Source: Candidatus Heimdallarchaeum endolithica (GTDB lineage Archaea > Asgardarchaeota > Heimdallarchaeia > Heimdallarchaeales > Heimdallarchaeaceae). From it: a stretch of DNA of 64,000 nucleotides. The notes under the pieces are model-generated. The model made no database searches. It saw only the letters and a program-made list of their open reading frames with translations, and was not told where the DNA came from. Location of the stretch: contig CP084167.1 in NCBI GenBank assembly GCA_021513715.1, forward strand, positions 160,001 to 224,000, given 5' to 3'. Shown piece after piece: positions 10,655 to 20,857 of the stretch (positions are counted from its first letter, which is position 1; each line of letters begins with the position of its first letter). The position numbers were made by a program, and so were the translations under genes.

Positions 10655-12030
10655 TGGAATTAGAAGATATTAGAGAAAAAATATTGAACATTGCTGATAC
10701 GGCAATTAAATATGCCAGAGATCTAAACATCCCTACAGCAGAAGCTTTTGTATACAATTCATTTGAAACTAGTTTAGAAGAGAATAAAGGTAAAGTTGAC
10801 AGTAGAGATGGTATAGTTCAAGGTGTGGGTATTAGAGTAGCAGTAGGAAAAAGAGTAGGTTTTTCTTCTTGTACTGGCTTTTCTGAAAAATCAATTAAAG
10901 AAGCTTTAGAAAAAGCGCATGCAATTGCTAAAGCTAGTCCTGAAAATCCGCTTTTTGAAAGTTTTGTAAGTGAAAGTAAACAATCCAAAGACGGTATTCT
11001 TGACTCTGAAATTCTTTATCTAACTCCTGAAAAACTAGCTGACAAAGTGTCAGAACTACTTTATCAGGTTGACAAGAATGATCAAAGAATCACAGGTCTA
11101 GCTGTAAATGCAGATAAGGTTGTAAGAGGATATGCTATAGGAACAACAGAAGGATGTCTAGTTTCTACTTTAACAACTGTTTTTGGAGGTTCTGCATATG
11201 CAGTTGTAATGAAAGAAGGAGATAGAAAAACTGCTTCAGAATTTGTTATTAGCAGAAAAAATGAAGATATTAGCGAACTTGGTAAAAAAGCAGTAGCAAA
11301 AGGATTTCAACATTTAGGTTCAAAGCCATTTAATGCTACTGAAGAACTTCCAATTATACTTCATCCCTATACTTCTTCTGCTTTTCTCTCTGTACCTTTT
11401 ATACAATCACTTTCTGGAGCTGCATATGTAGAAAAGAGAAATCCTTTAGGAAACAAGCTAGATAAAAAAATAGCAGATGAGAGGTTTAATTTGATAGACA
11501 GTGGACAAATTCCAGAGAGTCAAAGTACAGTCGCTATTGATGGAGAAGGAAGCCCAGTAGGAGAAACTCAAATAATTGAAAAAGGAATATTGAAAACGTT
11601 TCTCTACGATCGAATGTATGCTAAAGCTGCTAATACTGAGACTACAGCAAATGCAAGCAGAGGGGGAATGATGGGAGGAATTCCTTTCGAAAGTATCCCT
11701 AGTGTTTCACCTAGAAAACTCATTGTTGAACCTGTTCAGAAAAACCTAGAAGAACAGATTGCAGAAATAGATAAGGGTATCTATATTGAAGAAACACCTA
11801 TTGGACTATTTACTGCAAATGTAATTACTGGAGACTTTAGTATAACTTCAAATAACGCTTTCCTAATTGAGAAAGGAGAACTTGCATTTCCTTTGAGATC
11901 AGTGAGCATTGCCGGAAACTATTTCAAAGTTTTTGAAAGCTTCATTTCAATAGGTAACGACTTAATTCAATCTCCTTGGCCCTTAAATGCTCCTTCTATT
12001 TCATTAGAAGATCTTACTATTTCTGGATAA
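10654..12030 (+). CDS. tldE: TldE/PmbA partner subunit
   Basis: DGEG, TANASRG, NVITGDFS; lacks HExxxH; coupled to tldD. Confidence 0.85.
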   Translation: MELEDIREKILNIADTAIKYARDLNIPTAEAFVYNSFETSLEENKGKVDSRDGIVQGVGIRVAVGKRVGFSSCTGFSEKSIKEALEKAHAIAKASPENPLFESFVSESKQSKDGILDSEILYLTPEKLADKVSELLYQVDKNDQRITGLAVNADKVVRGYAIGTTEGCLVSTLTTVFGGSAYAVVMKEGDRKTASEFVISRKNEDISELGKKAVAKGFQHLGSKPFNATEELPIILHPYTSSAFLSVPFIQSLSGAAYVEKRNPLGNKLDKKIADERFNLIDSGQIPESQSTVAIDGEGSPVGETQIIEKGILKTFLYDRMYAKAANTETTANASRGGMMGGIPFESIPSVSPRKLIVEPVQKNLEEQIAEIDKGIYIEETPIGLFTANVITGDFSITSNNAFLIEKGELAFPLRSVSIAGNYFKVFESFISIGNDLIQSPWPLNAPSISLEDLTISG

Positions 12031-12115
12031 AGATTCTTTTTTTTTTCTTTATTTTTTTTAATCAAACTAATAAAAATAGATATAAATAATAAAAAGTAGA
12101 CAATAGTGAAGATTA

Positions 12116-12886
12116 TTGAATAGCTATATAGTTTTCTTTATTGCTGTAGTTTCTATATTCTCATTAGTCCTTATTCTAATAATAGCCCTATTTTTATGGA
12201 ACAATCAATTAAGTAAAAATCTTAGAATTAAAACTAGAGAAATTGAGACTCAACATCAAAGAACAACAAAAATCATTAAAATACTAACTCATGACATGGG
12301 AAACCTTCTTCACACAGTATATAACTTAAGTATTTTATCAGCAATGAAAGAAGGGAGTTTTGAAAATAATGAATCATTAGTCCTTCTTGAAGAAAGTATA
12401 TTCAAAATAAAGTTCACAAGACAATTAATCACGCAATTATCAAAAAGATTGTTCAAGAAAACATTTACTAATTTACATGAATTTATAAAAGAACTAACTT
12501 CCCAATACCTTATCACCCATTATACTAAACAATCTCCAGACATTATTTTTCCTGAAGGTTTTTCTAATTTATGTATTGTTAAAGATGAAAATTTAGATAT
12601 CCTTTTTGAATATCTTATGTTTCAATCCCTTCTACAACAACAAAAAAATTCAGAGATAATAATTAAATACAGTCGAGAACAAAATATGTTAGATTTTATA
12701 TTCAATATTGATCTTTATAATAAATTTAAACTGGTTGAAACGATGGGAAAAAAAGAAAAAGTCAAATCAATTGAACAAGACTTTATTGAACACAGTGTTA
12801 AAGGATTGGGTGGATTAATTGTTTATTCAAAAGAACAATTTGTAATCAAATTACCCTTCATAAGGTTGCCAAACTTGAGAAAGTAG
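12116..12886 (+). CDS. Membrane-anchored degenerate histidine-kinase-like protein
   Basis: N-terminal TM, H-box LTHDMGNLL, C-terminal KGLGGLI...FVIKLP; N and G1 boxes not recognisable. Confidence 0.55.
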   Translation: MNSYIVFFIAVVSIFSLVLILIIALFLWNNQLSKNLRIKTREIETQHQRTTKIIKILTHDMGNLLHTVYNLSILSAMKEGSFENNESLVLLEESIFKIKFTRQLITQLSKRLFKKTFTNLHEFIKELTSQYLITHYTKQSPDIIFPEGFSNLCIVKDENLDILFEYLMFQSLLQQQKNSEIIIKYSREQNMLDFIFNIDLYNKFKLVETMGKKEKVKSIEQDFIEHSVKGLGGLIVYSKEQFVIKLPFIRLPNLRK

Positions 12887-12892
12887 TTTTTT

Positions 12893-13477
12893 TTACATTC
12901 CTAGTTCTACTTTCAGTTTTTCTAAATTGCGTACAAGTTGAAGTGCAAGCTCACTAAAAGCTTTTTCTACATTATCACCAGTTTTTGCACTTGTTTCTAT
13001 ATAAGATACATGGTATCCAGACCATAAGGTTAGCTTTTCAGCATAATCTTCAGCATAATTAATAGGAACTGTTTGAGAATTTTTATCTCTCAAATCAGAC
13101 TTATTACCAATTAAAATTATTGGCACTTTTTTCCCGCCATTATTTTTAATTAATTCGTTTGACCATTTAGGTAAAATTTCATATGTTTCAGGCCTGGAGA
13201 CATCAAAGACTAGTAAAGCACCTTTTGCTCCTCTATAATATGCTTCTCTTACAGCATCAAATCTTAATTGTCCAGCTAGATCCCATATCTGTAAGGTTAT
13301 TTTATAGTAATCTACTTCTAGCTTTTTTACTGCAAAATCAGCACCTACTGTCATCTTATATCCTTCAACGAATTCTTCACCCATATAAGTTCTTTTTAAA
13401 GATGTTTTTCCTACAGCTCCTTCTCCTAGGAGAACAATTTTAAAGATTTTTTGATTTAATGAGTTCATTTGTACCAC
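12893..13477 (-). CDS. Rab-like small GTPase (Ras superfamily)
   Basis: GEGAVGKT, WDLAGQ, NKSD, ETSAK; RabF-like VGADF, TLQIW, RFDAV, YYRGA, LVFDVS. Confidence 0.95.
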   Translation of the reverse strand: MVQMNSLNQKIFKIVLLGEGAVGKTSLKRTYMGEEFVEGYKMTVGADFAVKKLEVDYYKITLQIWDLAGQLRFDAVREAYYRGAKGALLVFDVSRPETYEILPKWSNELIKNNGGKKVPIILIGNKSDLRDKNSQTVPINYAEDYAEKLTLWSGYHVSYIETSAKTGDNVEKAFSELALQLVRNLEKLKVELGM

Positions 13478-13850
13478 TGGTTTACTTAATATAATTCACA
13501 TCTATTCTATTAAAACTTATCTACTCGTGCAAAAGTAAATTAAAAGAATAAATAGTTTTCCTTTGAAAATAAATTTTTAAAGAGAAATTTAAATTAGAAA
13601 AGTAAAAAACTATTTTTTTGTAATAGAATTTGTATAAATTATCAGATATTTCACAGAGCAAAAAATAATCAAAAATTCATATTATTGTCTCTATTTTATA
13701 AAAACTAATTTTCTCGTAAATCTTTTCTTTATTTGCCTTGTATTCATAAATAGGATTTAAAACATCTTTAAAATTTCAACTTTATATTTGTTTCACATAG
13801 AAAAGGAATAACCAGATGTAAAATATATAAATAATTAAGTAAATATTTAA

Positions 13851-14801
13851 TTGAAGAAATTGACAATAAGAGCTGATTCTCGAGTTTCAGTTGAATATTT
13901 ATGTGCATCATGTCATAAACAAAGAATAATCTTTATCCCAAAGACGATACTACCCTTTTTAAAAAAAGGTGCAGATATTTTTGAACTTGTTGATATACAT
14001 GAATGCAAGAATAACTCTTTAAGAGCTACAAAACTTTTTATTGATGCAAATAATGTTGTCAGATCGCATGTTCTTTTGAGAACAGAGATTGACAAAACAC
14101 CGTCCATTATTGGAGAACAAGATTTAGAATTCGGGATTCCTATTCCTTCAATTTCAAAATACAACCAGCGAACTCTTACTCCTACTATCGATTATGGAGG
14201 GGTATATCTATACTCTTTAAGAATAATTGATAAACTTAGAGAAGAGATATATGTTCTTAATACTTATCCCAATTCTAAAGGAAAAAAATTTAACGAAATT
14301 GATGAATATTCTACTCTTAACTTCATTGAAACAAAAGCTAACATAAACTTATCAATAAACACAAAAATAACACAATTGTGGATTAAAAAAATTAATGATT
14401 TAATAGAAAATCTTGTTTATTTAGATGACTTCTCACTATCTTTTATTCCTGCTTACTTTGATAGAATAATCGAAAATCCTCCAGAAGATTTAACGATGTT
14501 AGAATTGGATCTTTTATTTCAGTCTAGAATTGCTATTCCACACAGTTACAAAACAAACATTGATATTTTTGAAAAAAACTTTGATGAAATATTTCCTATG
14601 ACACCTATTAAGATTTACAAAATTTTTACAAAAATGTTAAGAGAATGCTGTGGAAATATAAAGAATACAATCTATGACATTTATGAGATATTTAAGAAAG
14701 AAGAGTTAATTATTTCTTTTCCTTATTTTCTTTCTCTGTTCTCCAAATTAGTAAGCTTTGGATTTATAACAATAGAGAAATTAGAGTTTTTGACAAAATA
14801 A
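13851..14801 (+). CDS. Hypothetical protein, N-terminal CxxC...HxC putative zinc site
   Basis: 316-aa ORF; CASC and HEC; possible C-terminal winged helix. Confidence 0.6.
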   Translation: MKKLTIRADSRVSVEYLCASCHKQRIIFIPKTILPFLKKGADIFELVDIHECKNNSLRATKLFIDANNVVRSHVLLRTEIDKTPSIIGEQDLEFGIPIPSISKYNQRTLTPTIDYGGVYLYSLRIIDKLREEIYVLNTYPNSKGKKFNEIDEYSTLNFIETKANINLSINTKITQLWIKKINDLIENLVYLDDFSLSFIPAYFDRIIENPPEDLTMLELDLLFQSRIAIPHSYKTNIDIFEKNFDEIFPMTPIKIYKIFTKMLRECCGNIKNTIYDIYEIFKKEELIISFPYFLSLFSKLVSFGFITIEKLEFLTK

Positions 14802-14863
14802 AAAAAGAATCTTCTATTTTCTTTTTTAAAAAAAGTAAAATGAAAAATATTAAGAAAAAAGGA

Positions 14864-16573
14864 TTATTTTACAACTTTTTCAATAGTTTCTTTTGGTAAC
14901 GATTGAGCAGATGTTATAGTTGATAAAGCTCTTAGTTCTTTTCTTAGAACTTTACCAAGTGCAGTGCGTGGAAGTTCTTCTAAGTATTCTATTTTTCTTG
15001 GAACCTTGTAAGGGGCTAAATGTTTCTTACAATATTCTCTAACTTCTTCAAGTGTTAATTCATCATGTCCTGGTTCTTTTACTAAATAGGCTTTTACTAT
15101 TTCTTTTGTTTCTTCTTTTTCTCCTATTACTGCAGCCATATTTATTGCTGGATGACTATAAAGAACATCTTCAACTTCATTAGGCCACACCTTATATCCT
15201 GAAACAATAATCATATCCTTTATTCTATCGACTATTGTAAAGAATCCTTTTTCATCCATAACTGCAACATCCCCAGTTCTTAACCAACCGTTTACTAGAG
15301 AATTATCAGTTGCTTCTTTATTATTCCAATAGCCTTTCATGACTGAAGGTCCACGAATCCACAGTTCTCCTGGTTTTCCAAATTCAGTTATTTCTTCCAA
15401 AGTATCAGTATCTACTATCATAGCTGTAACATTTGGAATTGGAATACCAATTGTTCCAATCTTTCTATATTTCCTATTAGCTGGGTTGACATGAGTAACA
15501 GGTGACGATTCAGTTAACCCATATCCTTCAACTAACACATTCCCTGTTTTTGACTCAAATTTTTCTATTGTTACTTTTGGTAAAGATTCTCCTCCAGAGA
15601 TACACATCAATAAAGAAGATAGATCATATTTATCTACATTAGGATGCTCTGATATTTTCAAAAACATAACTGGAATACCCATGAAAAATTGAATTTTGAA
15701 TTTATCAATTGATTTTATTATCACTTCCAACTTTCTTGGATCTGGAAATAAGAATATTGTTGCTCCAGAAATTGCTGGCCATAAAAACGATGTTGATAAA
15801 CCAAAAATATGTGAAAAAGGTAAAGCTCCAACTATTCTATATGGTTTTTCAGGAACATTAGCTACCCAGTTTTTCCAATAATCTAAAGTAATAGCTTGAG
15901 CAACTAAGTTTCTATGAGTAAGCATTGCACCTTTCATTACACCCGTTGTACCTCCTGTATATTGCAAAATAGCAATATCTTCTTTTGGGTTCACTTTAGT
16001 AATAATAGGTTCATTTGAACTTTGTTTTATTAGCTCTTTGTATTTAATTTCATTTTTAACTTTTGGATTCTTTCTTCCTATTATTAATTTATATAAAAAT
16101 GCTTTAATTGAAGATAACTCATCTGCTGCAGATGTAACTATAATATGTTCAAGTGAGGTTTCTTTTTTCACTTTTCTAACTTTGTCTAAGAATACATCAA
16201 ATGTTATAATCGCTTTTGCTCCACTATCTTCTAGTTGATATTGAAGTTCTTTTTGAGAACAGAGTGAACTTATACCAGTAAAAATAGCTCCTAATGAATC
16301 TACAGCTAAAAAGGTTACAATGAATTGAGGACTATTGGGTAGAAAAGCTGCTACTCTATCACCCTTTTTTATACCTAAATCTCTTAAACCATTTGCTAAT
16401 CGATTAATATCCTCAGTTACTTCTTTGTAAGTCTTGTATTTGCCTTCAAAATAAGTTAGTGGTAAATCTTGAAATTTACTTGCTGTTTCTCTAAATAATT
16501 CAATAATACTTTTATCAGGTAATTCAATTTCATCAGGAATTGAAGGTATATATTTCCATAATTTCTGAGGCAT
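14864..16573 (-). CDS. fadD: Long-chain fatty acid--CoA ligase
   Basis: YTGGTTGVMKG, GYGLTE, TGD, LPRTALGK. Confidence 0.92.
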   Translation of the reverse strand: MPQKLWKYIPSIPDEIELPDKSIIELFRETASKFQDLPLTYFEGKYKTYKEVTEDINRLANGLRDLGIKKGDRVAAFLPNSPQFIVTFLAVDSLGAIFTGISSLCSQKELQYQLEDSGAKAIITFDVFLDKVRKVKKETSLEHIIVTSAADELSSIKAFLYKLIIGRKNPKVKNEIKYKELIKQSSNEPIITKVNPKEDIAILQYTGGTTGVMKGAMLTHRNLVAQAITLDYWKNWVANVPEKPYRIVGALPFSHIFGLSTSFLWPAISGATIFLFPDPRKLEVIIKSIDKFKIQFFMGIPVMFLKISEHPNVDKYDLSSLLMCISGGESLPKVTIEKFESKTGNVLVEGYGLTESSPVTHVNPANRKYRKIGTIGIPIPNVTAMIVDTDTLEEITEFGKPGELWIRGPSVMKGYWNNKEATDNSLVNGWLRTGDVAVMDEKGFFTIVDRIKDMIIVSGYKVWPNEVEDVLYSHPAINMAAVIGEKEETKEIVKAYLVKEPGHDELTLEEVREYCKKHLAPYKVPRKIEYLEELPRTALGKVLRKELRALSTITSAQSLPKETIEKVVK

Positions 16574-16758
16574 TTTTAACTCCTTATTTTATCAAAAGAT
16601 AGAGGTTATTTATAAAATTATCTTAAAAACAATTATTTCTCAAATAAAGACACATTACAAATATTTACTTTTATGAAGTCTAAGTCTATTTTTTTTAGTC
16701 TCAAAATAACCTTATTTCTATTCAAAAAATATAATAACAAAGAAACTATGTTTATTTT

Positions 16759-16953
16759 ATGCAAATTATTGTCAATTCTAAAAAAGAAAAAGAATTACTA
16801 GTTAAACTTCTTGATTTCTTGAATAAGAAGGATTTAGAGCTCTTTCTCTATTTTAAGGACCCTGAATCTTTTAATATTGAAGAAATTTTCGACTCTCTTT
16901 GTGACTGTGATATCCGAATCGATCCAAAAGAAGAGCCAGTCATAATAGAATAA
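16759..16953 (+). CDS. Small hypothetical protein
   Basis: 64-aa ORF directly upstream of, and probably co-transcribed with, 16965. Confidence 0.55.
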   Translation: MQIIVNSKKEKELLVKLLDFLNKKDLELFLYFKDPESFNIEEIFDSLCDCDIRIDPKEEPVIIE

Positions 16954-16964
16954 GGAGCTAAAAA

Positions 16965-18311
16965 ATGTGGAAGAAAAAACCTTATTGTACTAAATGCAAC
17001 AAAGACACATTATCTATTAACTTTGATCTTTTTTGTCCTTATTGTGGTTCAATTCAAAATATAGACCCTATAGAAGGACCTTCAAAAAATGAGATAAAGA
17101 TAACAAATATGTGGTCATTTAATTCTTTTTTACCTTCTTTAAAGAAAGTTTATTCTCTTTCTGAAGGAAACACACCAGTTCTACATGTTAATAATCTTTC
17201 ATCTTTAAAAGGATTAAAACTTAAACTTGAATTTAGAAACCCAACTGGATCATTCAGAGACCGTGCATCGTCTCTTATTGCTTCTTATCTTTACTCCTCT
17301 TCTATTCTTAAATTAGTTTGTTCTAGTTCTGGTTCTCTAAGCATAAGTTTATCAGCTTACTCTGCATTAGCAGGTTTGGAACTAACCAATATTGTTCCTT
17401 CAAATCTAGAGTTATCAAAGATTGAACAGATGAAAGTATATGGAAGCAAAGTAGTAGAACATGGTTCTACAGTTGAAGAGGCAATAGAGAGAGGAAGAAA
17501 ACTGCAAGAGAGAGGAGTTTTTTTTGCTTCTTCTGACAACATTTTAACTGTAGAAGGACAAAAAACAATAGGTTTAGAAATTGCTCATTCATTTGAAACA
17601 ATAGAAAATATTATCATCCCAAAAGGTTCTGGATCTCTTTTCTATTCCATATATAGAGGCTTTAAAGATGCATTAGCTTCAGGTTGGATTGAACAAATTC
17701 CATCTTTTTTTGCTGTATCATTAAAACACGAAGATTTAGACTTTTATGTGGAATCGCTAAAGATTCCTACACCTCTTACTCTTTCTCAAAAAATAAATGA
17801 AATTCTTTTAGAAAGTAAAGGAAAGGAAATTGAAATTGAAGGAGAAAAAATGATTGACCAAGCTCTTCTTTTAGCAAAAAAAGAAGGACTGTTTATTGAA
17901 CCTGCTTCAGCCTCTGTAGTTGTTGCTGCTAAACAATTACTAGAAAAAGAAGGAATTAATATCGATTCTACAATTGCTCTTCTTTCTGGCTCTGGACTAA
18001 ATGCTTTAAACATATTTGCATCAAAATTAAGAGGAATTAGAAAAGCAGTATGGGGTCTTTCTGAGAAATCAACAACAAAGTTTGAAATATTGGATCTTAT
18101 TTCTCAAAAGAAAGCAAATCATGGTTATGCCATTTGGAAAGCTCTAGGAAAAAGAAAGTCTCTTCAATCAATCTACCAGCATTTAAATGAACTTGAAGAG
18201 AAAAATTTAGTATCTTCAAAAGTCAGAGGAAAAAACAAGAAATACTATTCAATCACAAGAAAAGGAATAGATGCTTACTCAAAAATGAGAGAACTTATTG
18301 ATTTTCTTTAG
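16965..18311 (+). CDS. Threonine-synthase-like PLP-fold protein lacking the catalytic Lys, fused to C-terminal PadR-type winged helix
   Basis: Zn ribbon, LSEGNTP, RNPTGSFRDR (K to R), EGQKT, EPASA; C-terminal HGYAIWK...IYQHLNELEEKNLV...KYYSITRKG; GGAG RBS upstream. Confidence 0.85.
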   Translation: MWKKKPYCTKCNKDTLSINFDLFCPYCGSIQNIDPIEGPSKNEIKITNMWSFNSFLPSLKKVYSLSEGNTPVLHVNNLSSLKGLKLKLEFRNPTGSFRDRASSLIASYLYSSSILKLVCSSSGSLSISLSAYSALAGLELTNIVPSNLELSKIEQMKVYGSKVVEHGSTVEEAIERGRKLQERGVFFASSDNILTVEGQKTIGLEIAHSFETIENIIIPKGSGSLFYSIYRGFKDALASGWIEQIPSFFAVSLKHEDLDFYVESLKIPTPLTLSQKINEILLESKGKEIEIEGEKMIDQALLLAKKEGLFIEPASASVVVAAKQLLEKEGINIDSTIALLSGSGLNALNIFASKLRGIRKAVWGLSEKSTTKFEILDLISQKKANHGYAIWKALGKRKSLQSIYQHLNELEEKNLVSSKVRGKNKKYYSITRKGIDAYSKMRELIDFL

Positions 18312-18795
18312 TAAACCAGGATAGAATTTTCTTTTTGGCGTTCATTACCTCATCACTTATTTTTCCCATGAATTCCACATTGGAAACTTGAATGCCAATA
18401 AAAACAAATTCTTTACCTTCGTTTTGGATTAATTCCACTAATTGTTTTATTGGAATAGTATGGGTGCTCAAACGTGTTTCTGCAACATTAATACTAGAAG
18501 ATACAATTAAACTTCCTATTTTAGTTTTAATATCACATGCATCAATTATAGTTACGCATTCAATTTTTTCATCTTCTAGAATTGTTAGAAGTTCATTAAT
18601 AGGATCTTCGAATTCTTCACTATAAACATGTGAAAAAAATCTTTTTAATTCTCTAGCTATAAGAAGACCTATAGCATCATCACTTCTATCTAGATTTCCA
18701 AAACAAAGAAAAGCAGTGTGTCCTGGTTTTAGAAAACAAGAAAAAGAAAAAAAGTTCGAATTTTCTTCAGTCAATTCCCCCACTTTATTTTTCAA
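18295..18795 (-). CDS. hycI: Hydrogenase maturation protease
   Basis: FGNLDRSDDAIG, IDA, STH; last gene of hydrogenase operon. Confidence 0.85.
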   Translation of the reverse strand: MKNKVGELTEENSNFFSFSCFLKPGHTAFLCFGNLDRSDDAIGLLIARELKRFFSHVYSEEFEDPINELLTILEDEKIECVTIIDACDIKTKIGSLIVSSSINVAETRLSTHTIPIKQLVELIQNEGKEFVFIGIQVSNVEFMGKISDEVMNAKKKILSWFTKENQ

Positions 18796-20068
18796 TGAGT
18801 TTTACCATATGACAACTGCAAGAAATACAAGGGTCATAGGCTCTAGCAATCATTTCAAGGTGTAATTCTGTTTCTTCATTTTTCTCTGCGATAAGTTTTT
18901 CTGCTGCTACTCTAATATACTCTTCAACATCATCAAGGAATTGAGCAGTGGGTGTAATAATATCTACGTTGACCATTTTTCCATCTTTAATTTCATAAGA
19001 GTGATAGAGTATTCCTCTAGGAGCTTCAACAGCTGCAGTAGCTTTTCCATTTAAGTTTTTCACTTCCACTATTTCAGAATCAGGAAGAGCTTTTATTTTC
19101 TCTACTAGTTCTGGAATTTGTTCAAAAGACCAGAGAGCTTCAATTGCTTGAGCTAAATTATTGTACAAGGGGTTAACTTTCCATTTTTCAGTATAATATT
19201 TTTCAAATTTTTCTTTAGCTAGTCCTGTCAGTCTATCACCGATTAAAATGAGTCTTGCAAGTGCACCTACAGTAAATGGTTTATCATTGTACCTTGATCT
19301 TTTTGCATAAGAATGAGGAACAACTCTCTCGTTTGTTAGCTTCTTATATTCTTCAACTGGATATTCCTCTCCTGTGGAAATAAGAATAGAATCTCCTTCA
19401 AATCCAAACTCATTATTTGGAGGATTGCAACACATAAATGTTGTTTCTCTCTCACAATAGTCTGGTATTTCAAGCGAAGCTAGAACATCAATAAATGCTG
19501 CCAGTTGTGGAATATATTCTTTTGCTTTTTCTGCAAATTCGTCTAGTTCTTTATTAGTGGGAAGTCTTCCAAACCCTCCTACTTGAGGATTTTCTCCATG
19601 AATCTTTCTCCCCATTAATAGTTTCATCAATTCTGTTCCATACTTCTTCAAAGTTATTGCTTCTACTACAGTCTCTTTGTGTGTAGGAAGTAAAGCAATA
19701 GCACTAGGTTTTCTGAAGAAATCAGGAAGAGCTAAGAAATAAACGTGTAAAATATGTGATTCTATATATTCTGCCAAGTGCAGGAGCTTTCTCAGTAATT
19801 GTATTTTTTCAGGAACTTCAACTTTTAGAGCTTTCTCTATTGCTTTGATTGAAGCATAGCGGTGAGAAACTGTACAAATAGCACAAATCCTTGACACAAG
19901 AGAAACATTCTCTTGAAAAGTCTTTCCTCTTACTAAAGCTTCGATCATTCTTGGTCCTTCAAAAATATCTACTAATACTTGCTCTACTTTATTATTTTTC
20001 ACATATACCTTTATTCCTCCGTCACCCTCAACACGAGAGAGAACTTTTACATTAATACCTTTACTCAT
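18785..20068 (-). CDS. hydA: [NiFe] sulfhydrogenase (group 3b) large/alpha subunit
   Basis: RVEG, RICAIC (L1), EAPRG, DPCISCSCH (L2) plus cleavable tail. Confidence 0.93.
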   Translation of the reverse strand: MSKGINVKVLSRVEGDGGIKVYVKNNKVEQVLVDIFEGPRMIEALVRGKTFQENVSLVSRICAICTVSHRYASIKAIEKALKVEVPEKIQLLRKLLHLAEYIESHILHVYFLALPDFFRKPSAIALLPTHKETVVEAITLKKYGTELMKLLMGRKIHGENPQVGGFGRLPTNKELDEFAEKAKEYIPQLAAFIDVLASLEIPDYCERETTFMCCNPPNNEFGFEGDSILISTGEEYPVEEYKKLTNERVVPHSYAKRSRYNDKPFTVGALARLILIGDRLTGLAKEKFEKYYTEKWKVNPLYNNLAQAIEALWSFEQIPELVEKIKALPDSEIVEVKNLNGKATAAVEAPRGILYHSYEIKDGKMVNVDIITPTAQFLDDVEEYIRVAAEKLIAEKNEETELHLEMIARAYDPCISCSCHMVKLIEK

Positions 20069-20856
20069 TTTATCACCTTCTCCAATTCCTCTTCTGCTTT
20101 ACTTCCGCCAAATAATTTGAGCTTTCGTAACGCTGTTTCTTTATCTACTCCTATTTCTTCTAGTTTATCAAGCATAGATTTATAGTTCGCTGCTTCATAA
20201 GGACCCCAACAGCCAACACAAGGAAGATTGTGACTAGGACAAATGGCTCCGCAACCAGCTGATACTACAGGTCCTATACAAGGAATTCCATGTAGTAAAA
20301 GACAATCATTACCTTCTAGTTTACACTCAACACAAACAGGTGCAGGATATTTTTGAGGCTTAATTCCTTTTATTAATTTAGTGTAAATTGGCAAAAGATT
20401 ATCTTTTTCTATAGGACATCCTGGAACCATGGCATCGACTTTTACAAAGTTGCACAAAGGTTGAGGAGGAATGGCTTCTCCAACAGTGAAATCTTCCTTC
20501 TTGATATTTGAGCCATATACATGTTTAAATCTCTCCTCAAAAGCTTTATCTTTTTCATTCAAATATTGAATCCCTCCAAAACATGCACAAGTTCCTAATG
20601 CAACGAGAAAAGTAGATTTTTCACGTATTTCTTTTAACTCTTCGAGCTGTTTCTTAGTATTTATACTACCTTCAACTAGTGCAATATCTACATGGTCAAC
20701 TTCTTGATGAGATTGGGCCATATGGAAGAATTTGATCTCTGCAGTAGTAAACAATGTAACTAATTCATCTTCCATATGAACTAAACGCAACTGATCACCA
20801 GCACAACCACTGAAACCAAAAACACCAACAACAGGTTTATGTTCACTTGTCCACAT
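20065..20856 (-). CDS. hydD: Sulfhydrogenase small/delta subunit
   Basis: VEGS, GTCACFGG, PGCP, C-terminal Cys clusters. Confidence 0.9.
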   Translation of the reverse strand: MWTSEHKPVVGVFGFSGCAGDQLRLVHMEDELVTLFTTAEIKFFHMAQSHQEVDHVDIALVEGSINTKKQLEELKEIREKSTFLVALGTCACFGGIQYLNEKDKAFEERFKHVYGSNIKKEDFTVGEAIPPQPLCNFVKVDAMVPGCPIEKDNLLPIYTKLIKGIKPQKYPAPVCVECKLEGNDCLLLHGIPCIGPVVSAGCGAICPSHNLPCVGCWGPYEAANYKSMLDKLEEIGVDKETALRKLKLFGGSKAEEELEKVIK

Positions 20857-20857
20857 C

